Positions 18,812-20,000 of a stretch of DNA of 20,000 bases are shown piece after piece. The DNA lies in assembly GCF_024521635.1 (NCBI RefSeq), contig NW_026250421.1, positions 740,954 to 760,953 on the forward strand, read 5' to 3'. Position numbers and translations under genes: made by a program. The notes below the pieces were generated by a model. That model had not been told where the DNA came from. It saw only the letters and a program-made list of their open reading frames with translations, and did no database searches. Numbering within the stretch: position 1 is the first letter of the stretch; each line of letters starts with the position of its first letter. This DNA comes from Tricharina praecox (taxonomy: Eukaryota).

Positions 18812-19978
18812 ATGATCGCGGCTTCATATATACTCCTGCTCCTTGCCGCCGCGGTTTCCCGCGGCAAAGCCTGCGCTCTGCATGCCCGCTCGACGGTGGA
18901 ACGAAGGGACTCCCCAACTGGACAATGTGGCGCGGCGAACAGTGGCTATACGTGCACCGCCAGCACCGGAGCGAATCAGTGTTGTTCGCCAGCTGGATGG
19001 TATGGACGCCCTTTACTTGCAAAATCCCGTGGAGCTATGTACTAACCAGGTCAAAGGTGTGGGGATTCGACAGCACACTGCGGTATGAACTTCCGATTTT
19101 GGGCCGAGCTTCCCTACTGTTGCTGATGGTAATTCTCCAGGAACCGGATGTCAAAGCGCATACGGAGTAAGTGACCCCGATAGTGACCCACGGGGGTGGA
19201 ACAAAGAAAAACAATGAAATCTAACATGTGATAGACTTGCAGTCCCGCCGCAGCTGAGCCGACTTTGCCAGCAATTAGCACCCGCTCAAATCTTGGGAGC
19301 GTGCCATACGGTAGGCATACACACACCCTCACTTCCGGGACGACGCTGATTATAGTATAGGCTCGGAACTCTTTGCGTGCACGAAGGCGAATACCATTGC
19401 ACTGTACGTGTGCTTTTGCTCATAGAGTGTCACTCGCTAACCCACTTTAGTACCTTTGATGACGGGCCGTACTCGTACACCGCCGCGCTGCTGGACTTGC
19501 TGAAAGAAAAGGACGTCAAGGCGACCTTCTTCATAACGTATGACTCCCCTCATACCTTCCATCCAACGAAACTGACGCCCCGCAGCGGCAATAACCTCGA
19601 CAAAGGCGCCATCGACACCACCTCTACATGGAGCAGCGTAATCCAACGCATGTACGACGAAGGGCACCAAATCGGCTCGCACACGTGGACGCACGCCGAC
19701 CTCTCCACCGTGACCGAAAACACACGGCGCTACGAGATGATCCGTAACGAGCAGGCGTTCCTGTCCATTCTCGGACGGTATCCCACCTACATGCGGCCGC
19801 CGTACATCTCGTGCAATACCGCCTGCCAGACCACCATGGCAGCGCTCGGATATCACGTCATCATCTGGGATCTCGATACCGACGACTATAACAATGTTAC
19901 GCCAGAGCTCATCCAGAATGCTAAGAATAACGTCGATAACGCGTTGGCGGAGAATTGGGATTCCTATATGAGCATCGC
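18812..19978 (+). CDS. Secreted chitin deacetylase (CE4/NodB) with N-terminal CBM18 hevein-type domain; 3' end beyond the window. Exons 18812-18999, 19057-19082, 19141-19166, 19235-19310, 19361-19403, 19451-19537, 19586-19978
   Basis: Signal peptide MIAASYILLLLAAAVS. Spliced CBM18 reads QCGAANSGYTC...QCCSPAGWCGDSTAHCGTGCQSAYGTC. CE4 motifs LTFDDGP, KATFF, HQIGSHTWTH, RPPY and DTDDY. Every intron has a GT donor, CTAAC/CTGAC/CTGAT branch and AG; the next donor GTATGG is at 19979. Confidence 0.95.
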
Positions 19979-20000
19979 GTATGGCTGACTCTTCCGCCCC

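Noticed and set aside
19377..19988. Single-exon 203-aa deacetylase as given in the ORF track
   Set aside because: It reads through introns; the spliced model restores the signal peptide, CBM18 and the IALTFDDGP motif.

Overview
Eukaryotic DNA from a filamentous ascomycete: short GT-AG introns of about 45-70 nt with CTAAC/CTGAC/CTGAT branch sites; gene style suggests Pezizomycotina, possibly Pezizales (inference). Seven protein-coding loci are supported: (1) a HeLo-like N-terminal domain + ankyrin-repeat gene on the minus strand, apparently disrupted by an in-frame TAG and a frameshift, running off the left edge; (2) a small NDUFA4/B12D(MLRQ)-like single-TM protein; (3) a disordered, basic, probably nuclear hypothetical protein; (4) a secreted PLC-like (PI-PLC X domain) phosphodiesterase; (5) a full-length homologue of fungal luciferase (Luz); (6) inositol-pentakisphosphate 2-kinase IPK1; (7) a multi-exon CBM18 + CE4 chitin deacetylase running off the right edge. 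Non-coding structure includes an A-rich triple repeat (4163-4490), a roughly 340 nt TGTC-based satellite (8301-8643), microsatellites and small local duplications. The most interesting leads are a candidate GUG-initiated, membrane-anchor-encoding N-terminal extension on IPK1, an orphan Luz homologue with no bioluminescence cluster genes in the window, and the broken NLR-like HeLo-ankyrin gene. No tRNA, rRNA, CRISPR array or intact transposon was seen. All family calls come from motif recognition, without database searches.
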